Source: Zygnema circumcarinatum SAG 698-1b (lineage: Eukaryota; Plantae; Zygnematophyceae). Taken from it: a DNA stretch of 64,000 nucleotides. Every line of letters starts with the position of its first letter. Position 1 is the stretch's first letter. Both the position numbers and the translations under genes were made by a program. The stretch covers positions 372,001-436,000 of the forward strand of contig CM074823.1 of NCBI GenBank assembly GCA_037447605.1, read 5' to 3'. The notes beneath the pieces were generated by a model. The model searched no databases. It worked only from the letters and a program-made list of their open reading frames with translations, and was not told the DNA's origin. Positions 1 through 11,400 of this stretch are shown here, piece by piece.

Positions 1-3000
1 GATCCGACATTTGGAAGTTAGCTTGCAAAAGCTTCTTCAGATCATTGATTCTCTCCAGTGAGAGACTCACCATAATGAGGTCATCCACGTAGATCCCAAC
101 GTATATGAGATCTCCCTCCTCTCTGTGTCGGGACCGGGGGTGATCCGTCTCAAGCGCGCAAATCTGCGCTCAGAAGATCGTCGATCTTCTCGACCATATC
201 CTCAGGTGCCTGTCCAGCCCCCGACACTTCACCAGGCGAGATGAGATGCTCCTGCCCGGACAACTTTCCCTTCGGGCTGCTCCATGCAGATCTCCTTGAG
301 CGAGATCCCCGAGAAACGCGGCTCCACACTTGAACTCAGGGATGTCCCTGAGCTGCTGATTCAGATTAGGCACGAGGAGCTAAAATCGTGACCGGGGCGG
401 GGGGCTTGTGCATCCACTCCCACTCTGGTGTAGCCTTCGCCACCATCTGCTGCCTTAACGGCCCACTCCCGTCCGCCTTCCTGCTTCACCTTGAAGACCC
501 TACTTTGGCATTGATGGCTCTCCTTCCCTTCGCAGCTTCTCCAGTTGCCGCGTCCGCTCCTCATCATCATTCCACTCGCTATCGATCGCTGCTCGCCACT
601 TCGCTCCATCGACCCCATCGTGAGCCTCCTCGAAGGTTTGCGGCTCAGTGATCATGTAGCAGTGGGCAACTCCTGCGAGGTCAGCAGAGTCCGTAGGCAC
701 TCTCTCCTGCATCAGGTTAGTCTGCGACGGCCTGTATCGTTCAGGCCTCCTCACCACACGGGTGCTCCTCCGCGGTCCTTGCGTTCTCCCACTCCTCGAG
801 TTGAAGAAAATTCCGGGAACAAATCCCGGAGGCATCCTTGCCCTCATCGCGTCTCTCTCGGCCATCTCCAAGTCCTCAGACTCCTGCCCGTGCAAAGGTA
901 CAGTTTCGACCGAGTCTTCCTCATCCGACAGGTGAGTGTGTAGTGGGGCCGTCTCCGTCGATTTCTCCGGCTCCCCCGCTTGCGGCACTTCGGGTTCGAC
1001 TCCCGCCTCCGCCTCGACGTTCGGCATTGCTCCTGAGTCACCCTTCGCTTCCGCATGCTGATCCTCCTCTAAGTCTTGGGACCTGAGAGGTTCATCGCCT
1101 CCCCGCTGGTCCTCACGTCCTCACACAGGATTTTCAATCTGGCCCTCCGGGCTGGGTCTCACCTAGCCGTGTTACTTGCCCTTTCTCGCCCACCGCGATG
1201 TCCCTCGAGCCCGCAGCCCTTCGCTCGCCGCATCCAATCTGCAGGTGCCGGCTGCCCATGCTTGAGCCGAGAACACACCCTTCGACCGGTCGCGGGTCGA
1301 ACTTCCTCTTCTGTCTCGCCTTCGGCACCGTCGACCAGCAGCGCGCTCCGAAAGCCTTCAGGTGGGAAACCGTGGGTTTTCTCCCACTCCACACCTCCTC
1401 AGGAACCTGGTCCTTGAGCACAGAAGATGGGCATCTATTCCTAAGGTAAGCTGCGGTCATCACCGCCTCTCCCCAGAAAGAAGCCGGGAAGGGGGAATCT
1501 ATGAGCATGGTCCGCGCCATGTCCCCCAATGTCCTACTCACCCTTTCAGTCCATTACTTTGAGGGGAGGAGGAGCATAGAATTCATGCCTAATTTTATTT
1601 GAGCTTGAGGTACTCGCGAAACTCCTTTGTACCTTGCAACTCCCTCCGCTGTCGAGCGCAGGTCTTCAGTCCGTCCCGCTCTCCGCTCCATCTGAGCTCT
1701 TCACCCTTGCAGGCTCGGGAAAGCCTCAGACTTGTTCTTGAGTGGTGAGAATTTTCCTCGAAAAATCATCGAAGTGATGAAGTACCGAGCTCCTCACCGC
1801 TGCGGTGTCACGGGGCTGACAAAGGCCGGTGCAACCAACTCCAGTTTCTCCTGCGGCAGTGGCACGCCTCCCTCCGCCTCCCGTGTTGGCTCCGGTCTGC
1901 CCGCCTTCCCCCCCAGACACTCCTTGAAAAGCCGAGCTCCTCTCTGATCCAGCATCTACGTCTAACTCACGACTAGCCCCCTGAAGGAGCAAGCCATTGC
2001 ACTCTTTAGGCGGTTAAGATGTCCAAGTCCATGCTATAGATTCACTGGGAGCTTCAGTTTGAGGAAGCGATCCCAGCACTCCATCTCCGTCCTTCTATAA
2101 TGAAGATAATACAGGCCTCCCTTCTCATACCCCTCAAACAACCGCTTCCCCGTCACTGCGTGAGTAGCTACGCAAGACTTCTCCTTGAACGTGATCTCGT
2201 ACCCCCTCTTACACACCTGGCTAACAGACATGAAGTTCTGTTTCAGCTCGGGGGTGTGGAGTACATCACCGATACACAAACGCTCCTCCCTCTCCTCTTC
2301 GTAGATGACAGAGCCGTCTCCGAGAATCATCTTGACTACTCCACCCTTCGTGACTGTCACTCCCTCTCCGGTTGCCGAGTGAACAGATCGAGTCTTCTCC
2401 AGCGTGTCCAACGTGGAGAACATTTGCTGGTCGCCACACATGTGTGTGGAAGCGCCTGAGTCGATCAACCAGGGCCGCTTCAGATCCTAAACCCGGATCT
2501 TCCCAACAAAGTTAGAACCTTCGGGCCTTTCGTATCTATCACCAGGATGGTCTCATTTGATCCTTTGCATTCGGGTCTCCTATTGCTTCTTGCACTTGAA
2601 GCAGATCTCCCCTTGAAGCCTTTCTTCTCCTTCTTGCTGATGCCGCCGCCTCCCCTCCTCCCTACTCTTGGGGACTCCTGTCTGTAGCAGCTCTGCCGAG
2701 AGAGTGGCCAGCCCTGCCACATAGCATGCCTCCCGCAGGGCGTTCTCCTCGGTCTGACTTCGCGCATCTCTTTGGCCCCTGTCGTGAGTGCACTGAGACC
2801 TCCTCGGTGTCTCCTGTACCCTGCATGTGCCCCCTCCCTGACTGCCCTGCCACTGACCAGTCACTCCAGTCCTCAGGCAGCCAGCTGCTGCGGGCTGCGA
2901 TATCATGACAGGTCAATCCCCCTAAGAACTGGCCGATCTCATGGTCACTCTCTAACGGTTCCCCGGAGAGCTATGGACCTTCTCCATTTAAGGTATCAAA

Positions 3001-4341
3001 TTGACTACACATTCATCTAGTTTCCCCACTTTAAGTCATCTTCATCTTCCCAAGCTGCGTGTAAAGACTCACTATCGTGACGTTATCCTTTACATCATAC
3101 ATCTCTTCTAAGCACCTCCACATAGCATGTGAGGTCTTGAGATCATACAGCATGGACGAAGGATTTCCCCTCACACTCATGACGATTTGGTGAGCGCTTT
3201 GTCGTCCCTTGGGCTCCATCTGCGAGCGCCACTTCGTGTCCCACCGCCTGCTCGCCCGCGTCCCTCGGCACCGGTGCCGATGGTGCCGTTGACGGATACC
3301 TAACAGTCCTTGCCCACGAGCAAAGGAACCAGCCGCCATCTCCACCCCTTGTAGTCTTGACCGTCGAATGCGGGAATGCTGAACTTCACGTGGTCCTCGA
3401 CGCCACCATTGGCTCCGCACCACCTGTCGGAGTCTGGATATGCCCTGCCCCGGTGCCACCTCGCGGTGTTGCCCTCCATTGGAACTCCGGCTTCCCATTG
3501 ACCAAGACATCTTCATCTCTCTCACCCCATTCTCACTTCACTCATAGCCCAATACTCATAATGAACGCAGACGATACATTGGAAATCACATTGAGAGAGT
3601 ATAGGAGAAAGCTCACGGCTCTAAAACTCCTTTATAATAAGAATGTCACCCACATGAAGTTCTCCCCTCTCACTAGCTACTTCTCCCTCACTCACTACCT
3701 TGCGAACACAGCAGGAGCGGAGCTACACGAGCAGGCACAAATAAGTCACGGGACTACAGCAGTCTAATGTGGTTATCCTTCATAGGAAGTTAACCCACAC
3801 CGTCATGGCGTGCTCACGTGACATCTTCCTTGTTGACCGATGTCATGTCACGGCCGCCCCCATGCGCTCAGGAGCCGAGACGCGTCTCAACACCCAGCCG
3901 CGGTCCTCCGGGAACTGACGCGAGCAGCCGATCAGCCAGTGTCCGCCCGCCAGCTCCGCGCGGATCTGAATTGTCGCCCGCTCGAGCGCAAAAGTCCGCC
4001 GCACGTCGCGCGTCATATCGCTTCGCCGCCGCATGCAACACATCGCTGCCCGCTGGCAAATCTTTGCCGCTGCATTTCTGTTGCCCCCCACACCCGCTTG
4101 CGCCGACTTGGCTCCTCGGAACTGACTCGCCACATCCTTGCGGATCGCTAAAGATTCTATCTGTTTTGCCACATTATCGACATCCTCCGCTGTTGTGAGA
4201 CCGTGGATCGGCTACTCGAGATTTGGCCGACTGGGGTTTCCTAGGAACACTACTAGCAGATCTCATGTTTCCCAACTGAGGACCACAACAATGTTAGTGT
4301 GAACCCGTACAATGTCTAACTATAGCACACTAACACTAACA
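1..4341 (-). mobile_element. Ty1/copia LTR retrotransposon, family A2 (5' LTR, gag, protease, integrase, start of RT); runs off the window start
   Basis: Minus-strand ORFs give protease MIDSGASTHMCGD (2034-2468), integrase ARTMLIDSPFP..FWGEAVMTAAYLRNRCP (1134-1541) and pre-RT EPQTFEEA..W (500-1027). The gag remnant is LYDLKTSHAMWRCLEEMY (3031-3525). Order PR-IN-RT is copia. Frameshifted. Confidence 0.95.
3425..4341 (-). repeat. 5' LTR of copia A2 (~917 bp)
   Basis: On the minus strand it starts TGTTAGTGTTAG (as at 45052) and ends CAGACTCCGACA, followed by a degenerate PBS GGTGGTGCGGAGCC. Its 3' part matches 35050-35241. Confidence 0.85.
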
Positions 4342-6709
4342 CGATGAAGGTCATGGCACGATGGAAAAGGTGGAACATAGATCGCACTATATGCGAAGGT
4401 TGAGGACGAGCCGTCCTCCACACTGACGTGTAGGGTGAGCTGAACCAACAAGCTGTGGATCCTTCCATCGCTCACCTGAACGTGTGCCCTTTTCCTTAGC
4501 GCTCCACCACCGCCAAGCGGCGTGGGAGTGCGGGCTGCGATGTGCTGGGGAACCAGGCAGATGCAGGCCGAAGGATATGGAGGTATTTCCCATGACATGC
4601 AAAGCATCCATGGCACATTGCATGAGAACATCATCGCCCATGACATTGAGGATAAAGACATGCCAATCACCATTCATCACTACATCCATAAACCCAGAAG
4701 GAGTCACTACAGTTGTAGGGGAGAGAGGAATGGAAGAAGGGAGTACATCAAACACAAAGAGATCTTGCACTCCCAAAGGCCTGCCCACCAAGTTAAGAAT
4801 GTCCAGGGTTCTAAGAAACAAGAGTCTTTTATCCTTGATGGCAGCCCCATTCCCTCCCCCTAGCCTAGCATGTCCACCAGCAACGACCCCTAAGCTGCTG
4901 GTGGGTTGGGGTTTTCCGGCCCCTTGCCCTTCTTGTCCTTGGTGTTGAGAGGGCAATCCCGGGCCTTATGCCCCTCCTTGCGGCAGCGGAAACACTTGTT
5001 CTCCCGCTGCATCTTCTCCATTTCCTCTGGAGTCAACTTCTGCGGCCGTGCAGTGGGTGGGCGGGCAGCCACTTCCGGCTGCTTCCGCTTGTTCTTTCCT
5101 GCCAGTTTGGCAGGAGCTGAGGGTCCCGCCTTCCACGACCCTGTAACGTCGCCCGACCTCTGCTGGGGTCGGGAAAGGCCTGCATCGCCTACAGGGGCGG
5201 TGTCCAACTGAATGGCTGCATCAAAGTACAGCTTAGAGTCAGCGGGGTCCCACGGTTTCAGAGTCCGTGGGTTAGTTCTCAGCTGCTTCCTCAGGTGTGG
5301 CTTCAAGCCATTCCTGAAGTGGAAAAAGAACTCAGCCTGTCCAGGCTTGTGAGTGGTGATCTGAGGCACCACTTGTCGCAGGTCTCGCAGAAACTGCTTG
5401 ACGCTGCCGGTTTGGACCATGTTCTGAAACTTATCCCGGGCCTCCAAGCCGGGATCCAAGGCCCCAAAGTGTTTGATAAGTTCATCTCTGAACTTATCCC
5501 AATCGTCCCCAATCTCATCAGAGAGGCCCTCATACACACGGTATGCGGCTCCTCTGAGTGCTGGGTAAGCAAAGCTTACCCACTGGAGGGGGGGACAGTT
5601 GGTCGCAAGAAGGTAACCCTTCGTTTGACNNNNNNNNNNAGATCTTGCACTCCCAAAGGCCTGCCCACCAAGTTAAGAATGTCCAGGGTTCTAAGAAACA
5701 AGAGTCTTTTATCCTTGATGGCAGCCCCATTCCCTCCCCCTAGCCTAGCATGTCCACCAGCAACGACCCCTAAGCTGCTGGTGGGTTGGGGTTTTCCGGC
5801 CCCTTGCCCTTCTTGTCCTTGGTGTTGAGAGGGCAATCCCGGGCCTTATGCCCCTCCTTGCGGCAGCGGAAACACTTGTTCTCCCGCTGCATCTTCTCCA
5901 TTTCCTCTGGAGTCAACTTCTGCGGCCGTGCAGTGGGTGGGCGGGCAGCCACTTCCGGCTGCTTCCGCTTGTTCTTTCCTGCCAGTTTGGCAGGAGCTGA
6001 GGGTCCCGCCTTCCACGACCCTGTAACGTCGCCCGACCTCTGCTGGGGTCGGGAAAGGCCTGCATCGCCTACAGGGGCGGTGTCCAACTGAATGGCTGCA
6101 TCAAAGTACAGCTTAGAGTCAGCGGGGTCCCACGGTTTCAGAGTCCGTGGGTTAGTTCTCAGCTGCTTCCTCAGGTGTGGCTTCAAGCCATTCCTGAAGT
6201 GGAAAAAGAACTCAGCCTGTCCAGGCTTGTGAGTGGTGATCTGAGGCACCACTTGTCGCAGGTCTCGCAGAAACTGCTTGACGCTGCCGGTTTGGACCAT
6301 GTTCTGAAACTTATCCCGGGCCTCCAAGCCGGGATCCAAGGCCCCAAAGTGTTTGATAAGTTCATCTCTGAACTTATCCCAATCGTCCCCAATCTCATCA
6401 GAGAGGCCCTCATACACACGGTATGCGGCTCCTCTGAGTGCTGGGTAAGCAAAGCTTACCCACTGGAGGGGGGGACAGTTGGTCGCAAGAAGGTAACCCT
6501 TCGTTGACCAAACCACTGCTCGATGGAGCAGTCCGTGGTAGGATGTTCGCCCCAAAAGGAAAGCGGGGCCACCTTGGCCCGATTCCGTCGGGCATCCTCA
6601 GTAGGTTGCGGGAGAGCAGTCCGAGGACTAGGATCTCCTCCGCCCCCAGCAGCTGCCCCCGACGGGGGTCCCCCACTGCTGGGTGGTTCGCCACCCCCGT
6701 GGGGGTGAC
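4342..6709 (-). mobile_element. Ty3/gypsy G1-family fragment (gag and gag-pol junction), interrupted by copia A2, with an internal duplication across an N gap
   Basis: Gag with CCHC knuckle KCFRCRKEGHKARDCP, near-identical to 39092-39451. 4760-5627 is repeated at 5640-6507. Confidence 0.9.
5770..6555 (-). CDS. gag: Ty3/gypsy Gag (C-terminal part with zinc knuckle)
   Basis: Retrotrans_gag-like QTGSVKQFLRDLRQ..FFFHFRNGLKPHLR plus CX2CX4HX4C. A second copy lies at 4890-5537. Confidence 0.85.
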   Translation of the reverse strand: MGRTSYHGLLHRAVVWSTKGYLLATNCPPLQWVSFAYPALRGAAYRVYEGLSDEIGDDWDKFRDELIKHFGALDPGLEARDKFQNMVQTGSVKQFLRDLRQVVPQITTHKPGQAEFFFHFRNGLKPHLRKQLRTNPRTLKPWDPADSKLYFDAAIQLDTAPVGDAGLSRPQQRSGDVTGSWKAGPSAPAKLAGKNKRKQPEVAARPPTARPQKLTPEEMEKMQRENKCFRCRKEGHKARDCPLNTKDKKGKGPENPNPPAA

Positions 6710-6719
6710 NNNNNNNNNN

Positions 6720-7415
6720 GGGGGACGTGATTAGCCAAAATGAAAGTATCAGTTTTTTTCCGAAAGGGGCGCGGATATCCAAAAAGTGGGGCGGCTGTAT
6801 CATTTTCCTTATTTTAGGGGGCGACTATTTTACAGTGTCCTTTTTCTGAATCTGGTGTACGTTTTCACCGGGCAGCAAAAAAAAGGATTTTTCTGCCGAA
6901 AAATGCTGTTTCATACTTTTCAGAATAGATACAGACCTTTTTTCGTCGGATGTACGGATGGTGATTTGAAATGTAGGAAGCGCGCGCGTCTACAAGGTAT
7001 AAGGGCGTAACACGTGGAGCGACATGATTGGTCGCGGCAAAATATGACGTGACAATTATGTTTGGGACCGTGACGTGACGAAACGAGACGCGACAAAAGT
7101 GGAGTCCGCGGACGGCAGTCGGAAATGGCGGGAATTAAAACTGACAGAAAAAGATAGGGCACATAACGTAGCGTGTTTCAGGAAAAATCTGTCAGTTTCA
7201 ATTCCCGCCATTTCCGACTGCTCAACCGCTCCCGGCTCCCCCCGAACCTGTCTGTCCCGTCCGTACTTCGAAATAGGTCACAAAAATGAGATACAGGCTC
7301 GGCGCCCGAGCCTGTCGAACGTCCACTTTTGGCGAAAAAGGCCTGCCGTACAACGCGGAATTGGCCCGACGGGCTCGCGGAATTGGTTTGGCGATGGCCA
7401 AGGTCTGACTCCCCC
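6720..7415. mobile_element. Right end of a TIR DNA-transposon-like element (left part lost in the gap)
   Basis: Ends GGCGATGGCCAAGGTCTGACTCCCCC followed by TA. Its last ~115 bp align with 11776-11886, the right end of the neighbouring element. Confidence 0.6.
7115..7221. repeat. 34-bp inverted repeat (33/34 match) with a ~39-nt loop
   Basis: GCAGTCGGAAATGGCGGGAATTAAAACTGACAGA (7115-7148) versus TCTGTCAGTTTCAATTCCCGCCATTTCCGACTGC (7188-7221). Confidence 0.9.
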
Positions 7416-7959
7416 TAATTTTTAGATTCTGCCCGTTTGACCAAAAGACATTTCATGCTGCCCGTCAACTTACACAAACATTGTTTTATCTGGCCGTTCG
7501 ATCAATAGGGGGAGTCAGACCTTGACCATCGCCCGCGGAATTGCAAGATTTCGACCGCGGAAAGGTATTGATTTCGATTTCCGAATTTGGTCGGAAACCA
7601 CGGCTCCCCCCGAACCTGTCTGTCACGTCCGTACGGCGGAATAGGTTACAAAAATGCCCCCAAATTTCAGAACTCCGCGCTCCGAAACGGGGGGCCTCCA
7701 GAGGCCCCCCGTTTCGAAATTCCAGCTTTCCGCCGATGAGGAATCGTGCCCCGCCTTGTCGCCATGCGCGTCACGCACGTGCGAGCGCCTCTCTGCCGCC
7801 GCCCGGACGCCGCGACCCGCCGCCGCGCAGAGCAGCGTTTCCAGTGCTGGCTCAGGTTTAGGGTTTCGTTTCCCCCAGCACCAGCGCCCTCTTTCCGGCA
7901 ACTGTGAGCACCACGGGAGAGCGGTGAGCGAAGACGTCAAGGCGAAGAGGTACTCCCTC

Positions 7960-9130
7960 TCTATTCCCCTCTGTTGCTGTCTCCCTCGTCTCTCCCTCTC
8001 TGTTCCCCCCTTTCGCTCTCTCTTGCTATCTTCCTCTGTCACTCTCGCCCTGTTGTCTCTCCCACTTTCTCCCTGCCTGTGCCACTCTGCCCCTGCCTCC
8101 ATCGGCCTGGCCCATGCCTCCCTTGTCTCCCTTGTTGCTCTTTCTGTTGCTGCTCCTGCTGCTGCGCTGCTTTTCTCGCTGCTTCGTTTTCTGCTGCACC
8201 AGCTGCTTTTAGTGCTCCTTCTTTCTCTGCTTCTGCTGCTGCTACTGCTGTTTCTTTTTCAGCTGGTTTTGGTATTGTTGTGCTGTTGCTGCTGCTGCTG
8301 CTGCTGCTGCTGTTACTGCTGTTGCTGTTGTTGCTGCTGCCGTCTTTTCTGCTGCTGCTGCTTTCTTTGCTGCTGCTGTTGCCACTGCTGGTGCTCCTGC
8401 TTTCTTTGCTGCTTCTTGTCTGCTACTGCTGCTGCTTTTGCTTCTTTTTCTGCTACTGCTCTTTTTACTGCTTCTTTTTCTGTTGCTTTTTTGCGCTTCT
8501 TTTCCTGTTGCTGTTGCTATTGTTGTTCTGCTGCTGCTGCTGGTGCTCCTGCTTTCTTTGCTGCTTCTTGTCTGCTACTGCTACTGCTTTTGCTTCTTTT
8601 TCTGCTACTGCTCCTTTTTACTGCTTCTTTTTCTGTTGCTTTTTTTGCTGCTTCTTTTCCTGTTGCTGTTGCTATTGTTGTTTTGCTGCTGTTGCTGCTG
8701 CTAATTTTTTTACTGCTTCTTTTTCTGTTGCTTTTAATGTTGCTTTAGTCTCTGCTGCTGCTGCTATTGTTGTTCTGTTGCTGCTAGTGCTGCTGGTGCT
8801 TTTTTTACTGCTTTTTTTTTCTGATGTTTTTTTGCTGCTTCTTTTTCTGCTGTTGTTGTGTTGTTGTGTTGTTGTGTTGTTGTTGCTGCTGCTGCTATTG
8901 ATATGCTGCTGGTGCTGCTGTTGTCCTTTCTGCTGCTGCTTCTGTTGCCGTTGCTTTTTTTGCTGCTGCTTGTTTTGCTACTGTTGCAGCATTCATTTTC
9001 TTTTTTGCTGCTGCATTCCTCTTCCGCATTGCCCTGTCTCTCTTGCCTTTGCCCCTTGCTGTGTTGTTCTTGCCTCTGTCTCCCTTGCCTTTGCTTGTGC
9101 TTCCCATTCCTTATGCTTGTGTTGTGTGTA
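7960..9130 (+). repeat. Degenerate (CTG/CTT/TTG)n pyrimidine-rich low-complexity tract, left arm
   Basis: Runs of gctgctgct, tttttctgctactg and ttgttg. Confidence 0.9.
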
Positions 9131-9163
9131 TGATTGCATATAATTCCTCCCCCTCCCCATTAA

Positions 9164-9233
9164 GTCAAAGTGGCGGATTGATTACGCAACTGTTGTAAAA
9201 CAGTAATAAAGGGGTTCAAATCCCCTCTTTGAC
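9164..9233 (+). tRNA. tRNA-like cloverleaf (probable pseudo-tRNA; GTA in a 6-nt loop)
   Basis: GTCAAAG-TG-GCG/GATTGATTA/CGC-A-ACTGT/TGTAAA/ACAGT-AATAA-AGGGG/TTCAAAT/CCCCT-CTTTGAC. It has a 7-bp acceptor stem, D-arm, T-arm and B box GGTTCAAATCC, but the anticodon loop is one nt short. Confidence 0.6.
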
Positions 9234-9946
9234 CTGCACTGTTTATTCATTCTTCCATTTTGATTCATTTATAGTTTTTGTGTTTGTGCTTCATGTCTTA
9301 TATTTGTTGTTATTTTTCTTAGTTGTTTTTATTGCTTTTTGCCTTTTCCTTCAAAACTTTGAATACGTTTTACATCATATTTTGTTTTGAGCATATATAG
9401 GTAGTTTGCTAACAAAATTATGCCGGCACACTCAGGAAAACCCGTCTTCTTTGGTTTTTGGAAACCTTGGTGGTATTAGCAACCATTCAGGATAACCATG
9501 ATCAAGTGCGGCAATGGGCTGTATTTGATGCCATCAATACAATTATAGAATCCCTTGTAACTGCGTGTGCTCAAAATCCAAAACATCCGGACTTAGGAGA
9601 AACAAGCTGATAAAGGTGCAATTGATTCAACAACAATACAAAAAATATCATTAGAAAAAGAATGATCGACGTGTGGGCTAAGGAGGGNNNNNNNNNNTGA
9701 AGACCAGCCGTTCAAATGGAGTTTCCAAACACCAAGCTGCGAAGAGAGTGAAAAACAAAAAACAAACGCACCAAGGCCAGCATAAAGAGAGGAGGAAGCG
9801 GGTGAGGGATGGGGGGAATGCACAAATAACAAAAGTGAGAATGGGATAAAGAGGGCACAAAGAGGGGGGAAGGGCAGAGAAAAAGCAAAAGCACAAACAC
9901 AAAAACTAAAAATGAATAAAAATAGAAGAATGAATAAATCGTATAA

Positions 9947-10016
9947 GTCAAAGAGGGGATTTGAACCCCTTTATTACTGTTTTGCAACAGTTGCGTAACC
10001 AATCCGCCACTTCGAC
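9947..10016 (-). tRNA. tRNA-like cloverleaf (probable pseudo-tRNA; GCA/Cys-like in a 6-nt loop)
   Basis: GTCGAAG-TG-GCG/GATTGGTTA/CGC-A-ACTGT/TGCAAA/ACAGT-AATAA-AGGGG/TTCAAAT/CCCCT-CTTTGAC. Confidence 0.6.
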
Positions 10017-10029
10017 ATAATGGGGAGGG

Positions 10030-11400
10030 GGTGGAATAACATGCAATCATACACAACACAAGCATAGGCAGAGGAACGGGCAGCAAAAGAAGCAGAAAAG
10101 GCAGCAGCAGCAGCAGCAGCAAAAATAGCAAAAGCAGGAAAAGAAACAGCACAAAAAACTGCAACAGCATCAACAGCAGCAAAAACAGCAGCACACAACA
10201 AAATATGGTATACAAGGTATTCAAAGTTTTGAAAGAAACTCAGAAAACAAAAAAAACAACTAAGATAAATAACCACAAATATTTTACATCAAATGCACAA
10301 ACACAAACACTATATATGAATCAAAATAAACAAATGAAAAAATAGTACGAGTCGAAGAGGGGATTTGAACCCCTTTATTACTGTTTTGCAACAGTTGCAT
10401 AACCAATTTGCCACTTCGACTTAATGGGGAGGGGGAGGAATAACACACAGTCATACACGCAACAAAAGCATAAGCGAAGGAACGAGAGGCACAAGTAATG
10501 GAAGGGAAGACTGAGGCAAAGGCAACATAGCAAGGGGCAAAGGCAAAGGATGTCGAGGCAGGGGCGAGGGAGGTGAAATACGGAACGTGGAATGCGGAAT
10601 GCGGAATGATGAATGAAGCAACAATACAAATAAAACAAAACCTACAGCAGCATTAGCATAAAAGCAAAAGCAAAAAAAGCAGCAGCATAAAAAGCAACAG
10701 CATCAGCAACAACAGCAGCAACATCAACAACATCAGCAACAGCAGCAGCAACATGGAGCAGGAGCTGGAGCTATAGTAGTAGTAACAGGATAAGAAGCGG
10801 CTGAAGCTGCAGTAGTAGCAACAGAAACAGCAACAACAGCAGAAACAGCGGCAACAACACAACAACAACAGCAAAAACAGGAGATGAAGAAGGAGGAAGC
10901 AACAAGAGCAGAAAACGCAAGAGCAAAAAAAACAGCAGTAACATCAACAGTAGCAGCAGGATGAGAAGCGGCAGCAGCTAGAGCAATAGCAGCAGAAACA
11001 GCAGCAACAACAGTAGCAGCGGCAGCAGCACAACACAACAACAACAGCAGAAACAGCAGATGAAGAAGAAGAAGAGGCAACAGCAGCAGCAAAAAAACCA
11101 AAAGCAAAAAAAGCGGCAGCTTAAAAAGCAGGAGCAACATCAACAACAACAGCATAAAAAGCAGCAGCAGTAGCAAAAAGAGCACCAAGGGAGACAAGGG
11201 AGGCATGAGCAAAGGCGAGGGAGGCAGGGGCAGGCGCAAGATCACAGGAGGCAGGGTCAAGGGAAAGGAAGGGAAAGGGAGGCAGAGGGAAGGGCAGAGA
11301 AGGCAGGTGCAGAGGCAAGGGCAAGGGAGGCAGGTGCAAGGGCACGGGAGGCAGGGGCAAGGGTAAGGGAGGCAGGGGCAAGGGCAAGGACTCACTGCTG
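10030..11400 (-). repeat. Right-arm low-complexity tract ((CAG/AAG/CAA)n on plus), inverted counterpart of 7960-9130
   Basis: cagcagcaacagaaacagc and ggcaggggcaagggc repeats. Their reverse complement resembles the left arm. Confidence 0.85.
10351..10420 (-). tRNA. tRNA-like cloverleaf (probable pseudo-tRNA; GCA/Cys-like in a 6-nt loop)
   Basis: GTCGAAG-TG-GCA/AATTGGTTA/TGC-A-ACTGT/TGCAAA/ACAGT-AATAA-AGGGG/TTCAAAT/CCCCT-CTTCGAC. It lies 404 bp from the previous copy. Confidence 0.6.

Noticed and set aside
4760-6507. Tandem 880-bp duplication of the gypsy gag end
   Set aside because: The copies are essentially identical and the junction is an N gap, so this is most likely overlapping contig ends rather than a real duplication.
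7654-9143. 364-aa and 389-aa poly-Cys/poly-Leu ORFs
   Set aside because: Stop-free reading of CTG/TTG/CTT tracts in several frames, with no domain or codon structure.
9164-10420. Functional decoding tRNA-Cys/Tyr genes
   Set aside because: All three have a 6-nt anticodon loop and sit inside a repeat, so they are reported only as tRNA-like.
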